Source: an uncultured delta proteobacterium (GTDB lineage: Bacteria; Myxococcota_A; Polyangia; Palsa-1104). From it: a stretch of DNA of 64,000 bases. The position numbers and the translations under genes were made by a program. Location of the stretch: positions 608,001 through 672,000 of the forward strand of contig CAWAWS010000007.1 in the NCBI GenBank assembly GCA_963785725.1, read 5' to 3'. Positions 36,473-46,494 of the stretch are shown in pieces. How positions within the stretch are numbered: position 1 is the first letter of the stretch; each line of letters begins with the position of its first letter. The notes beneath the pieces were generated by a model, which saw only the letters and a list, made by a program, of their open reading frames with translations, was not told where the DNA came from and searched no databases.

Positions 36473-37222
36473 GTGGACCAGGCGCCTGCCATCACCGTCG
36501 TCGTCGCTGCCCACAACGAGGAAGCCAGCCTGCCGCGCTGCCTCGGCTCGGTGCGCGCCGCCGCTGCCGACGCCGAGCTGATCGTGGTCGACAACTGTTC
36601 CACGGATGGGACAGCGGCCGTCGCCGTCGCCGGCGGCGCGCGCGTCGTCACCGAGGCGCGGCTCGGCGCCGTCAACGCCAAAGCCGCCGGCGTCAGCGCG
36701 GCGCGCGGCGCCCTCATCGCCGTCATCGACGCCGACAGCACCTGCCCGCCCGATTGGCTGACCAAGATCGCCGCCGCCTTCGCCGCCGATCCGCGGCTCG
36801 TCGGTCTCTCCGGCCCGGCGCGTTATCCGGGCGCGCGCCCGTGGGTCCACGTCGTCATGGCCATCTGGTTCGGCTTCTGGAAGCTCATCCAAGCCGTCAC
36901 CGGCACCGCCTACTACGCCGTCGGCACCAACGTCGCCTTCCGCAAAGACGCCTACCTGCGCGCCGGCGGCTACGACACGAACGTGCTCGTCGGCGGCGAC
37001 GAGGTCGCGCTCTTCCGCCGCCTGCGCCGCGTGGGCCTGACGCGCTACACCGACGCGCTGTGGGTCGACACCGACGCCCGCCGCACCGAAGTCGGCTTCC
37101 TGCGCTTCTTCTTCGGCACCGTGCTCTTGCACTACGTCATCAACTATCCGATCTATCGCTTGACCGGTATTTCGCTGGTCAAACGCTATACGCCCGGCTC
37201 GCGCTTACTGCCGCGTCAGTAG
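36473..37222 (+). CDS. Glycosyltransferase family 2
   Basis: VVVAAHNEE, VVDNCSTDGT, IDADS, GGY...GDE. Confidence 0.85.
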   Translation: MDQAPAITVVVAAHNEEASLPRCLGSVRAAAADAELIVVDNCSTDGTAAVAVAGGARVVTEARLGAVNAKAAGVSAARGALIAVIDADSTCPPDWLTKIAAAFAADPRLVGLSGPARYPGARPWVHVVMAIWFGFWKLIQAVTGTAYYAVGTNVAFRKDAYLRAGGYDTNVLVGGDEVALFRRLRRVGLTRYTDALWVDTDARRTEVGFLRFFFGTVLLHYVINYPIYRLTGISLVKRYTPGSRLLPRQ

Positions 37223-37954
37223 ATCGCGGATCACTTTATCGACGACGAAGTTGTGGCCGAGCGTCGGATCCACCGCGATTCGCCGCGCGCCCGCCGGTCC
37301 GACCTCGGGCGGCGCCGCCGAGGTCCCCCAATACGGATGCATGACCGGGTCGGAGGGATAGGTCGTCACGTATTCGATGACGTCGACGCCCGCCGGCGGC
37401 TGCGGATAGCGCAAAAAGCGCGTGCCGATGCCGAGCATGAGCGGCGAGTGCAGCGAATCGACCTCGCTCCACGGCGCAAAGTGCATGCCCGCGAACGGCG
37501 CGCCGATGGTCACCATCGTCAGCTTCACCGCCGGGGCTTGCAGGTAGCCGAGCGCGTGCGCGCCGACCAGCCCGGCCGCCGAATGGGTCACGACGACGAT
37601 CTCGCGCAGCGACGACGGCGGCGACGTCTCGGCCGCGGTCACGAGCGCCGCCAGCTCGCGCGCCGCGCGGTCGATCGAGCCCCACGGCTGCCACCAGAAC
37701 ACGACGAACTCGACGTTCGGCGCCGCTCGCAGCCGCGCCACCGGCGTGTCCCACTCCCAGCCGTAGCCGAGCAGGCCCGGCACGATCACGAACAGCCGCT
37801 CGGTCCCTGGCTTGAGCGGCGGCAGCGTCGGATGTAGGCCCTCGAGCACGCGACAGCTCGGACAGCTGCGCGCGGGCGGCACGATGCAGCCGGCCGTCGA
37901 CAGCGCGAGCAGGACCAGACAGACGCGAATGAAGCGGACGCAAAAAATGGACAC
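37205..37954 (-). CDS. Alpha/beta-hydrolase lipoprotein
   Basis: TAGC lipobox; VPGL oxyanion region, THSAAG nucleophile elbow, TIGAPFAG, C-terminal His. Confidence 0.7.
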   Translation of the reverse strand: MSIFCVRFIRVCLVLLALSTAGCIVPPARSCPSCRVLEGLHPTLPPLKPGTERLFVIVPGLLGYGWEWDTPVARLRAAPNVEFVVFWWQPWGSIDRAARELAALVTAAETSPPSSLREIVVVTHSAAGLVGAHALGYLQAPAVKLTMVTIGAPFAGMHFAPWSEVDSLHSPLMLGIGTRFLRYPQPPAGVDVIEYVTTYPSDPVMHPYWGTSAAPPEVGPAGARRIAVDPTLGHNFVVDKVIRDLLTRQ

Positions 37955-38001
37955 GATGACGTGATCGCCGAGCCCCGATCATATCGCCGATTGAACGAGA
38001 A

Positions 38002-38745
38002 TTACAGGCGATCGGCGACGGCGCGCAGCACGCGCGGCGAAAACAGCATGCCGACATGGCCGACGTTGGGCACGTGCATGAGCTCGTCGGTCGTCGCCAG
38101 CGCGCCCGCGGCCAGCTGCTCGCGCGTGACGCCGTTGTGCGCCGCGAAGACGCGCGGAAAGACGATGTTGTCGGAGCCGGCGACGATCGACGTGAACTTG
38201 ACGCGCGCCGCCGCGGGCTGTGTCGACCGCAGCCGCGCGATGAGCGGCGAGTCGGGCCGCAGCTCGCGTCCGACACGCGTCGCCACCCAATAGGCGCCGT
38301 ACGTCCCATGATGCGGCGACGACAGCGTGATGCAGCGATCGACGCGCCGCGCGCCGCCGAGCTCCTGCAGGTAACAGCGCGCGACGACGCCGCCGAGCGA
38401 ATGGCACACCAAGTCGATGCGTCCGCCGCGCACGCGCTCCTTCAGGAACTGCTTGAGCGCCCGCGCCGAATGCTCGATGCCGGCCGAGCTCTGATAGTCG
38501 AACGACAAGACCGGCCCGAGCCCGCGCAGCTTGAAGTAGGCCGCCAGCGGCAGCATCGTCGCCCGATTGGCCAGGTAGCCGTGCACGAGCACGATCGTCC
38601 GCTGCTCGGCCAGGCGCGGCGTTTTCTTGCGCTTGCCGCGGCCGAAGCCGAACGGATAGAGCAGGCTGAGCCCGACGAAGGCGGCCACTTCCTTGGCGAC
38701 CAGCTCACGCGCGCGCAGCTGCGAAGGCGGAAGATCGTAAATCAT
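38002..38745 (-). CDS. Esterase/lipase family alpha/beta hydrolase
   Basis: VLVHGY, CHSLGG, TLSSPHHGT, DNIV, GHVGML. Confidence 0.85.
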   Translation of the reverse strand: MIYDLPPSQLRARELVAKEVAAFVGLSLLYPFGFGRGKRKKTPRLAEQRTIVLVHGYLANRATMLPLAAYFKLRGLGPVLSFDYQSSAGIEHSARALKQFLKERVRGGRIDLVCHSLGGVVARCYLQELGGARRVDRCITLSSPHHGTYGAYWVATRVGRELRPDSPLIARLRSTQPAAARVKFTSIVAGSDNIVFPRVFAAHNGVTREQLAAGALATTDELMHVPNVGHVGMLFSPRVLRAVADRL

Positions 38746-38911
38746 GGAGCCTCCCGTGAACCGTCGACGACGTGCGGCTCACAAAGCCAAGATAGGGCAG
38801 GCGGATAATTTTGTCATACGAAAAGTGACAAATAATGTGGATGTCGTACAAAATAGGCGGCTATTCATGGTGCTTGGCAGGCGTCGTGGAAGCGGAGTTA
38901 TGATGCGCGCG

Positions 38912-39949
38912 ATGCAGGTCGTGCGAGCCCGACAGGCGCTGGTGCTGGCGGCAGCGCTGATGATGCCGGCGGCGGTCCGCGCGCGCGGCACGTGCGTCGT
39001 TGCCGGCAAGAAGCCGGCGCCGCTCGTCGTCACGGTGGCGCCGAAGGGCGCGACGCCGTTCAAGCTGCGCGTCGACGGGCTGGCGGCGGCGATCGCGACC
39101 GGCGGGCTCGAGCAGCCGGCGGTGGTGACGGTGCGCGCGCCGCTGGCGTTCACGGCGACGATCGCGGCCGACGCCATTCCCGCGCGCACCAAGCGCGCCG
39201 TCGACGCGGCCAGCGGCCTCGCGCATCTGGCGGCGGCGACGGAGAAGCTGACGCTGCACGCCGACGTGCGCGGGTCGCGCGTGGAGGCGGACGTGCGGCT
39301 CGACGGCGTCGAGCTGCGCGGGCTGAATCTACCGTGCGACGCGCTGACGCTCGACGACGTGGCCGCGCCCAAGCCGCAGTTGGTCGATCACGAAGGCGGC
39401 GAGCACGCGTCGCCGGCGGGCAAGCTGCTGCATCTGCGCGCGTCGGCCGGCGGCGGTCCGACGATGGTCGTGGCCGTCGACGATCCGGCGGCGCTCGAGC
39501 TGCACGTGACCGAGCACGACGGTGATTGGACGCGCGTGACGGCGCGCTGGGCCGACGGCACGACGATCGCCGGCTGGGCCGGCGCCGGTGAGCTCGCGGC
39601 GCCGTCGCTGCACGAGGCGCTCGGCGACGCGCTGCACGGCACGGGCGGCAACGGCTGCGCGCTCGGGCCGGTGACGCGCGAGAACGAGCGCATCGTCACG
39701 GCGACGGTGGCGGCGGGCACGGACGTGTTCGCCGCGCGCTATCTGGGCGCGTGGGCCAAGGTCGTCGACGGTCGCGGCTTGCGCGTGCGCGTGCGGCCGA
39801 AGGACGATTGGGTCGAGATCGTCGCTGCGCCGGGCCTGACGAGCGTCGATGAGTGCATCAACTCGACGGTGCTGCTCGACGCGTGGATTCCGCGCGCCGC
39901 GGCGCAGCTGCCGCCCGAAGACGCGACGGCCGCGACCACGAAACCCTAG
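38912..39949 (+). CDS. Hypothetical secreted beta-rich protein (SH3-like segments)
   Basis: Signal peptide ending VRA; DWTRV...IAGWA and DWVEI...AWIP segments. Confidence 0.65.
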   Translation: MQVVRARQALVLAAALMMPAAVRARGTCVVAGKKPAPLVVTVAPKGATPFKLRVDGLAAAIATGGLEQPAVVTVRAPLAFTATIAADAIPARTKRAVDAASGLAHLAAATEKLTLHADVRGSRVEADVRLDGVELRGLNLPCDALTLDDVAAPKPQLVDHEGGEHASPAGKLLHLRASAGGGPTMVVAVDDPAALELHVTEHDGDWTRVTARWADGTTIAGWAGAGELAAPSLHEALGDALHGTGGNGCALGPVTRENERIVTATVAAGTDVFAARYLGAWAKVVDGRGLRVRVRPKDDWVEIVAAPGLTSVDECINSTVLLDAWIPRAAAQLPPEDATAATTKP

Positions 39950-40185
39950 CGCGCCTCGGCTTTCGCGCGCCGTCGGGCCCGTCGCGACCGAGCGTCGCGC
40001 TCGTCGCTGACGACGGTCGCGGCCGGCGAGCTACAGCGGCCGTGTCGGGAAGGCGCGCGCGATGTGCCGTCGCGACGGGCGTCGCAGGCCGGCGGGCTCG
40101 CCGCGTCGCGATCGTTGCCGCCGCCCGTCGCTGCCGCGCGCCATGGCGGGCTCGATGTCGCCGCATGGCGACGATCGTGGCCGCC

Positions 40186-40240
40186 GCGCTCGCTGTCACC
40201 GTCGACGAGCGCTCGCTGTCACCGTCGACGAGCGCTCGCT
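40186..40240. repeat. 23-bp tandem repeat, about 2.4 copies
   Basis: gcgctcgctgtcaccgtcgacga x2 plus gcgctcgct; intergenic. Confidence 0.85.
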
Positions 40241-40349
40241 TGGGCAGCAGGCTCGGCGCTGCGGAGTCGCGGCCACACTTGCGCGCCGACTGTGGCGACG
40301 CGTCTACAGCTTTGCCGCGGTCGTGTGCGAATTCTGCAGCGATGTGCAG

Positions 40350-40365
40350 TGGCGCGTCGCTTGCT
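40350..40365 (+). promoter_or_regulatory. Putative sigma-54 promoter for the GH18 gene
   Basis: TGGCGCG-TCGC-TTGCT, close to the -24/-12 consensus, 14 nt upstream of ATG 40380. Confidence 0.6.
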
Positions 40366-40379
40366 GAAGGGCCGTGGCC

Positions 40380-41531
40380 ATGAACGTCCGTAATTCCCTT
40401 TCGCGCTTCGCCCTCACCACCGTCGCGTTGGCGGCCGTCACCTCCGGTTGCGGCGGCGGCTCGTCGTCGACTTCGCCGTCGACAGGGACGAACGCGACTT
40501 CGACGACGGGCTCGGCGACCACGAGCGGCAACAGCGGCACGACCTACACCGGCACCGATGGCGGCGGCACGACGACCACGGCGGCGCACTCCGCCCACAA
40601 GCACTGCGCCTGGATCGGCGCCGACACCTTCGCCGCCGGCAAGGCCTCCTTCCTCGCCAACCCCGACTGGTTCGACGCCGTCCATCCCGTCTGGTACAGC
40701 CTGACGCCGGGCGGCGCGCCGCAGGCCGGCTCCTCGACCATCGTCGACGACGCCGACCTCATGGCGGCCGCGCACGCGCACGGCGTCAAGGTCATCCCGC
40801 TCGTCAACGGCAACTCGGTCGATTACATGCGCGCCGCCATGGCCACGCCGGACGCGATCGCCGCGCACGCGCAGACCCTCGCACAGCTGGCGCAGTCGCA
40901 CGGCTATGACGGCCTCGAGCTCGACTACGAGCACCTCTTCTTGGCCACCGATCGCGTGCCCTACAACGCGCTCATCGCCGCCGTCGCGACCGCGCTGCAC
41001 GCGGAGGGCAAGGTGTTGACGCTGGCGCTGCCGGCCATGAGCACCGCCAATCCCGACAGCGCCTACGACTACACGGCGTTGCAGTCGACCGTCGACGTCA
41101 TGCACCTCATGGGTTACGACTTCCACTATCTCGGCGGCGATCACTTGGGTCCGCTCGCGCCCGAAGGCTGGATCAGCGACGTCGCCACCTACGTGCAGTC
41201 GCTCGGTGCGCCCGGCAAATACTCGCTCGGCGTCGCCAACTACGGCATCGGCATGGGCTGGTACGCCGACGCCGCCACGGCCGCCGCGGCCTGCTTGCCG
41301 GGCACGTTCAGCGAGCAGACCGATCACATGACCGTCTGCCCGCTCGGCCATCAAACCGCCGGTCTCTCGCCGCACTGCACGACCGCGCAGGGCGACGTCT
41401 GGTTCGAGAACGCCGACTCCGCCGGGCAGAAGACGGCGATCGCTAAGGCCGCCGGCTTCGGCGGCGTCGCTTACTACACGCTCGGCGACGAGCCGGCCGG
41501 CTTCTTGGACGCGCTCGCCGCTTCGTTCTGA
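40380..41531 (+). CDS. Glycoside hydrolase family 18 lipoprotein
   Basis: TSGC lipobox, Thr/Ser linker, catalytic YDGLELDYE, LMGYDFH. Confidence 0.85.
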   Translation: MNVRNSLSRFALTTVALAAVTSGCGGGSSSTSPSTGTNATSTTGSATTSGNSGTTYTGTDGGGTTTTAAHSAHKHCAWIGADTFAAGKASFLANPDWFDAVHPVWYSLTPGGAPQAGSSTIVDDADLMAAAHAHGVKVIPLVNGNSVDYMRAAMATPDAIAAHAQTLAQLAQSHGYDGLELDYEHLFLATDRVPYNALIAAVATALHAEGKVLTLALPAMSTANPDSAYDYTALQSTVDVMHLMGYDFHYLGGDHLGPLAPEGWISDVATYVQSLGAPGKYSLGVANYGIGMGWYADAATAAAACLPGTFSEQTDHMTVCPLGHQTAGLSPHCTTAQGDVWFENADSAGQKTAIAKAAGFGGVAYYTLGDEPAGFLDALAASF

Positions 41532-41968
41532 GCCAGCTTGCCGCGCAGCCGCTCGACTTCGTTGCGGCTGATCTCCAGCTCCGCCAGCGCCGTCTTCAGA
41601 TCCGTCCGCACCGCCGCCAGCTCCGCGCGCAGATTCTCCTGCGCCGAGCCTGACGACAGCTTGCGATTCTCGAGGTCGCGCTTGGCCAACGTCAGCTCGT
41701 GACCGAGGCGCGACAGCTCTTGCCGCGCCGCCACCAGCTCTTCCATCGCCTCGCGCAGCCCATCGTCGTCAGGCTCGCCGATCGGCGGCGGCATCACCTG
41801 CGGCGGCACGTTCGGTCGCCGCCGCTTCGGCTCTAGCGCGATCACCTTCGCCTTCTTCTTGGCGGCCTTACCGGATTTACCTGACTTGCCCGACTTGATG
41901 GGAATGACCTTGGCTTTGCTTTTCGGCTTGAGCGTGAGCAGCTTGCCGCGCGGCGCCTTCTTGGCCAT
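41474..41968 (-). CDS. Hypothetical protein (Lys-rich N-terminus and coiled coil)
   Basis: MAKKAPRGK...; heptad C-terminus; overlaps the GH18 3' end by 58 nt. Confidence 0.65.
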   Translation of the reverse strand: MAKKAPRGKLLTLKPKSKAKVIPIKSGKSGKSGKAAKKKAKVIALEPKRRRPNVPPQVMPPPIGEPDDDGLREAMEELVAARQELSRLGHELTLAKRDLENRKLSSGSAQENLRAELAAVRTDLKTALAELEISRNEVERLRGKLAQNEAASASKKPAGSSPSV

Positions 41969-42012
41969 ACGCACATCCTACCACGCATGGGCCAAAAATC
42001 GCGTGTTCAGCG

Positions 42013-43429
42013 TTACTGGCGAACGTATTCGTATTCGAACGGCTGGCCGTTGATTCCGCGCGTCGGCGGCGCCACCCAGCCGGCGATCTTGCCCGGCTCG
42101 ACGACGGCGTGCATCAGGGATTCGATGTAGGCGATGTCGCTCGGCGAAGGCAGCCAATCATAGCGGCGCTTCTCGAACTCCTCGGCGCTCATGAGGTTGC
42201 CGTCGATGTCGAAGCGAGTGGCCCGAGTAGATGCCCTGATGGCGATGAAAGCGGCGATTGGGCAAGCGGAAGCGCTCGCGAGCGGCCGGCGCGCTCGAGC
42301 GTGCGGTTCCACTTGTCGACGGCGCGCTGGCAGTCGTCGACGTAGTTGTCGCGCAAGCACCTCGTTCATGGCGGTGCGCAGCGGAATGTCCTTGTCGACG
42401 AGCTTGCCGCCTTCGAGGACGGTCATGCTTGTAGCTGCCGTCGAGCGACCTTGTGGTCTTCGTAGCGCGTCCTCTTTGTAGCGACCTTTCAAGCCGGCGG
42501 CGAAGAAGTCGGCGGCGTTCGACGAGATCTCGCCGCCGAACAGATCCTCCGAGAGCGAGAACCACAAATTGAGATATTTTTGCAGCGTAACCAAATCGAT
42601 TCCGCCCAATTTACGCGACGTCGTCGTTCTGCTTGAGCAGCTCGGCGGTGCGCGTCGACCATGCGATCGACGCCGGTCTCGCCGACGAACATGTGGTGCG
42701 CCTCTTCGGTCAGCATGAAGCGCGTCGTGCGCGCGAGCGGATCGAAGCCCGATCTCGGCTAGCGCGTAGAGCTGATACTTGCCGTCGCGATCGGTGAACA
42801 TGGTGAAGAAGAAGAAGTCGACCCAGTTGGTGATCGGCTGATTGAACGCGCCGAGGATGCGCGGCTTGTCGGCGTCGCCGGAGCGGCGCTCGAGCAGGCC
42901 TTCGGCCTCTTCGCGGCCGTCTTTGCCGAAGTAGGAATGCAGCAGATAAACCATCGCCCACAGGTGGCGGCCCTCTTCGACGTTGACCTGGAAGAGGTTG
43001 CGCATGTCGTACAGCGACGGCGCGGTCTTGCCGAGCAGGCGCTGCTGCTCGACCGACGCCGGCTCGGTGTCGCCTTGCGTGACGATGATCCGGCGCAGCA
43101 TGTTGCGGAACTCGCCCGGCACTTCGTTCCACACCGGCTTGCCCATGTTGTCGCCGAAGCCGATCGTGCTTGTCCGACTCCTGCGGCGTGAGAAAAATGC
43201 CCCAGCGATAGTCCGGCATCTTCACGTAGTCGAAGTGCGCCCAGCCGTCGGTCTCGACGGAGATGGCGGTGCGCAGGTAGACGTCGCGCTCCTGAAAGCC
43301 TTCGGGGCCGACCTGTTTCCACCAGTCGATGTAGTTGGGCAGCCACTGCTCGAGCGCGCGCTGCAGCCGCTTGTCCGACGAGAGCGCGACGTTGTTGGGG
43401 ATCTTTTCGTTGGACAGGATGGCCGACAT
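42013..43429 (-). pseudogene. boxB: Benzoyl-CoA 2,3-epoxidase BoxB interrupted by ten +1 frameshifts (probably a consensus artefact)
   Basis: KIPNNV, YLRTAISV, MPDYRWGIF, TQGDTEPASVEQQR, VEEGRHLWAM, TEEAHHMFVG, GLKGR are split across reading frames. Confidence 0.9.
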
Positions 43430-45073
43430 CTACGTTCTCCTCCAGTCGAAGCTGGGTCGTTCGGGCTTGCCGTATAGCGAGAGCGCGCCGCGTTCGCCGG
43501 TCGAGTTGGGGCGCGTGAAGATCCAGTTCTGCCAGGCCGAGAGGCGCCCGAAAATTTTCGTCTGCATCGTCTCGGGACCGACGCAGCGGAAGGACGCCTC
43601 CATGCCGGTGAGCGCGTCGGGGCTGATGGTGGCGCGCTCTTCGATGGCCAGGCGCAAGGTGTCGTCGAAGTCGATCTCGTCGGCGAGGACGGTGACGAGG
43701 CCGGCTTCGTCGGCTTCGGTCGGCCCGAGCGGCGCCTGCATCATGGCGGGCAGCTGATCGTCGATGCCCAGCATTTGCAGGCGCGTGAGGCCGTTGGTCG
43801 TCGGCAGCACGGTCGCGTTCAGCTTCGACGCTTGCACCTGCACCGGCCGCTTGGCGTCGTCGAGCATGTAGCGCCGATCGGCGGCGAGCGCGAGCTCCAG
43901 GAGCGAGCCGACGAAGCAGGACTCCGGCTCCAAAATCGCGAACAAGCTGCGCGCCGTGAGGTCGAGGCGACGGAGCACGCGCGCCATATGCAGCGTCACT
44001 TCGCGCACCAGCCAATGCTCGCGGCGGGCGTCGAGCTCGGCGTCGGTCTTGAGCAGCATGTTGCGATCGCCGCGCGTCTTGAGCAGGAAGAGGCCGACCT
44101 CCTCGTAGTTGAAGCGCAGGCGCAAGAGCGCGTCGTCGAGCTCGCGGAAGGCGCGCAGCGGCCACCAGTCGGCGCCGGCGGCGAGGATGGCGTCGATGCC
44201 GCTGACTTCGGCGTCGGGCGCGCGCATGGTGATGGTGGCCGTGCGGTGCGCGCGATCGATGGCGACGTCGACGTAGCGGTAGCGCAAGAGGTCGGCGCTG
44301 ACGTCGGGCGCGAGCGCGTCGAGCACGATGCCGGGGCCTTTTTCGGCGGTCGACAGCGCGGCCAGCCGCTGCGCGCGCTCGTGCACGACGCCGGCGAACT
44401 TCGAGCGCGGCGCCACTTGGTCGACGAGCTTCCACTCGACGGCGCGCTTGCCTTTGATGCCTTCGGCGAGCGTGGCGAAGACGTCGGCGCGGTCGCGGCG
44501 GACGCGGCGCTTGTCGACGACGCGGGTGAGGCCGCCCGTGCCCGGCAAGACGGCGAGCAGCGGCACTTCGGGCAGCGACACCGTCGACGAGCCGTCATCG
44601 AGGAGCACGATCTCGTCGCAGGCGAGCGCCAATTCGTAGCCGCCGCCGGCCGTCGGACCGTTGCAGGCGGCGAGGTAACGCTGACCCGAGTGCGCGCTGG
44701 CGTCCTCGATGCCGAGGCGCGTCTCGTTGGTGAACTTGCAGAAGTTGACCTTGAACGGGTGCGACGAGCCGGCGAGCATGTGGATGTTGGCGCCGGCGCA
44801 GAAGATGCGATCGCGGCTGGAGGTGACGACGACCGCGCGCACCTCGGGGTGCTCGAAGCGCAGGCGCATGACGGCGTCGGCCAGCTCGATGTCGACGCTC
44901 AGATCGTAGGAGTTGAGCTTGAGCGGATAGCCGGGACGCAGCGGATGCTCTTCGTCGACGGCCAGCGCCAGCGTCGCGATGTTGCCGTCGAGCTGCAGCT
45001 TCCAGTGGCGGTAGCGGCTCGGATGCGTCTCGAACGTGATCGGCTCGAGGCCACGATCGTTGGTCGGGTCCAT
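43430..45073 (-). CDS. boxC: 2,3-epoxybenzoyl-CoA dihydrolase
   Basis: YRHWKL, LKLNSYDLSVDIELADA, KVNFCKFTNETR, AGGGYELALAC, FGRLSAWQNWIF. Confidence 0.95.
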   Translation of the reverse strand: MDPTNDRGLEPITFETHPSRYRHWKLQLDGNIATLALAVDEEHPLRPGYPLKLNSYDLSVDIELADAVMRLRFEHPEVRAVVVTSSRDRIFCAGANIHMLAGSSHPFKVNFCKFTNETRLGIEDASAHSGQRYLAACNGPTAGGGYELALACDEIVLLDDGSSTVSLPEVPLLAVLPGTGGLTRVVDKRRVRRDRADVFATLAEGIKGKRAVEWKLVDQVAPRSKFAGVVHERAQRLAALSTAEKGPGIVLDALAPDVSADLLRYRYVDVAIDRAHRTATITMRAPDAEVSGIDAILAAGADWWPLRAFRELDDALLRLRFNYEEVGLFLLKTRGDRNMLLKTDAELDARREHWLVREVTLHMARVLRRLDLTARSLFAILEPESCFVGSLLELALAADRRYMLDDAKRPVQVQASKLNATVLPTTNGLTRLQMLGIDDQLPAMMQAPLGPTEADEAGLVTVLADEIDFDDTLRLAIEERATISPDALTGMEASFRCVGPETMQTKIFGRLSAWQNWIFTRPNSTGERGALSLYGKPERPSFDWRRT

Positions 45074-45104
45074 GCGATGATCGTTAAGCCATCGAGAAAT
45101 GGGC

Positions 45105-45154
45105 TGCAAGCGCTATAGTGCATAGCGTCGTGGGGCGATTGCAGTATAATGCCG
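45105..45154. promoter_or_regulatory. Putative BoxR operator / divergent promoter
   Basis: TGCA at 45105, 45119 and 45140; near-palindrome AAGCGCTATAGTGCAT (45108-45123); TGCA-GTATAA-TGCC containing TATAAT (45145-45150). Confidence 0.6.
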
Positions 45155-45305
45155 ATATGCGGTCGCGGTCATGGCAGCGTGTGAGCGAGGGCCGGTTTGC
45201 GCGGCTCGGGGCACTCATGAGCCCGATGGTCGCTACCTTGCTCGGGTCGCAGCAGTCGTTGCCGAGGGTCGAGGGCTCGCCGTGGTCGCGGGCGATGGTG
45301 CGTCG

Positions 45306-46187
45306 TTGAACCGCGCGTTGACGCGCCGGCCGCCGCGCTCGCCGCTCTTGGCCGGCGTCGGCGCGCGCGTCCGTTCGCTGCGCGAAGCGCAGGGGCTGAC
45401 GCAAAAGACGCTGGCGGAGCGCTCGGGCGTGAGCGCGCGGTTCTTGGCGCAGCTCGAGGCCGGCGACGGCAATATCTCGCTCGAGCGCTTCGATCAGGTG
45501 GCGCGGGCGCTGGGGAGCTCGCCGTCGCAGCTGCTCGATCCGCGGGCGCCCGCCGGCGGCGACGACGAGCGGCAGCGGCTGCGCGCCGTCCTCGGCGTCG
45601 AGCTCGATCGGCGCAGCGCCGCCGAGCTCAACGAAGTGCGCCGCTGGCTCGACGCCCGCTTCGCGCGCCGCACGGCGCCGACCATCGCGCTGCTCGGCTT
45701 GCGCGGCGCGGGCAAGAGCACGATCGGGCCGCGTTTGGCCGAGCGGCTGGGGCTGCGTTTCGTCGAGCTCGACCTGGCGATCGAAGAGGCAGCCGGCCTG
45801 ACGCTCAACGAGATCTTCATGCTGCACGGCGAAGGCTATTACCGCCGGCTCGAGCGCGAGACGCTGCAGGGCTTGCTCGCCGACGGGCAGGGCATGGTCA
45901 TCGCGGCCGGCGGCGGCATCGTCAACGACAAGGAGACCTATCGGCTGTTGCGGCGGCGGGCGGTGACGGTGTGGCTGAAGGCGAAGCCGGAGGATCATTG
46001 GAATCGCGTCATTCAGCAGGGCGATCAGCGGCCGATGGCGCAGCATCCGCACGCGATGGCCGAGCTGCGGGCGCTGTTGGCGGCGCGCGAGCGGCTGTAT
46101 TCGGAGGCCGAGCATGTGCTGGATACGTCGCGCTTCGATGCCGACGGCGCCGTCGACAAGCTGGCGCGCGAGCTCGGCGGCGCATGA
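45306..46187 (+). CDS. boxR: BoxR/BzdR-type regulator (XRE HTH plus shikimate-kinase-like domain)
   Basis: LAERSGVSARFLAQLEAGDGNIS, IALLGLRGAGKST, QGDQRPM; divergent from boxC; start uncertain. Confidence 0.9.
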   Translation: MNRALTRRPPRSPLLAGVGARVRSLREAQGLTQKTLAERSGVSARFLAQLEAGDGNISLERFDQVARALGSSPSQLLDPRAPAGGDDERQRLRAVLGVELDRRSAAELNEVRRWLDARFARRTAPTIALLGLRGAGKSTIGPRLAERLGLRFVELDLAIEEAAGLTLNEIFMLHGEGYYRRLERETLQGLLADGQGMVIAAGGGIVNDKETYRLLRRRAVTVWLKAKPEDHWNRVIQQGDQRPMAQHPHAMAELRALLAARERLYSEAEHVLDTSRFDADGAVDKLARELGGA

Positions 46188-46222
46188 GCGGCGGGTGTGA
46201 GCGGCGTGCCGAGCGGCCGTGC

Positions 46223-46494
46223 GTGAGCGGCAAGCGCGTCGGACGAGTGAGCGGCGAGCGCGTCGGACGAGTGAGCGGCAAGCGCGTCGGACGAGTGAGC
46301 GGCAAGTGCGTCGGACGAGTGAGCGGCAAGCGCGTCGGATCCACGAGCGGTGACGCCTGGGCGGCAAGCGTGTTGGGCGAATGAGCGGCAAGCGCGTTGG
46401 GCGAATGAGCGGCAAGCGTGTTGGGCGAATGAGCGGCAAGCGTGCTGGGCGAATGAGCGGCGAGCGCGTCGGACGAATGAGCGGTGACGCCTGA
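46223..46494 (+). repeat. 24-bp tandem repeat array, about 10 copies in two blocks
   Basis: gtgagcggcaagcgcgtcggacga at 46223/46247/46271/46295/46319; atgagcggcaagcg(c/t)g(t/c)tgggcga at 46381/46405/46429, variant at 46453. Confidence 0.95.

Noticed and set aside
42013..43429. Programmed frameshifting or RNA editing of boxB
   Set aside because: Ten sites with no slippery sequences; the pattern fits allele merging in a consensus far better.
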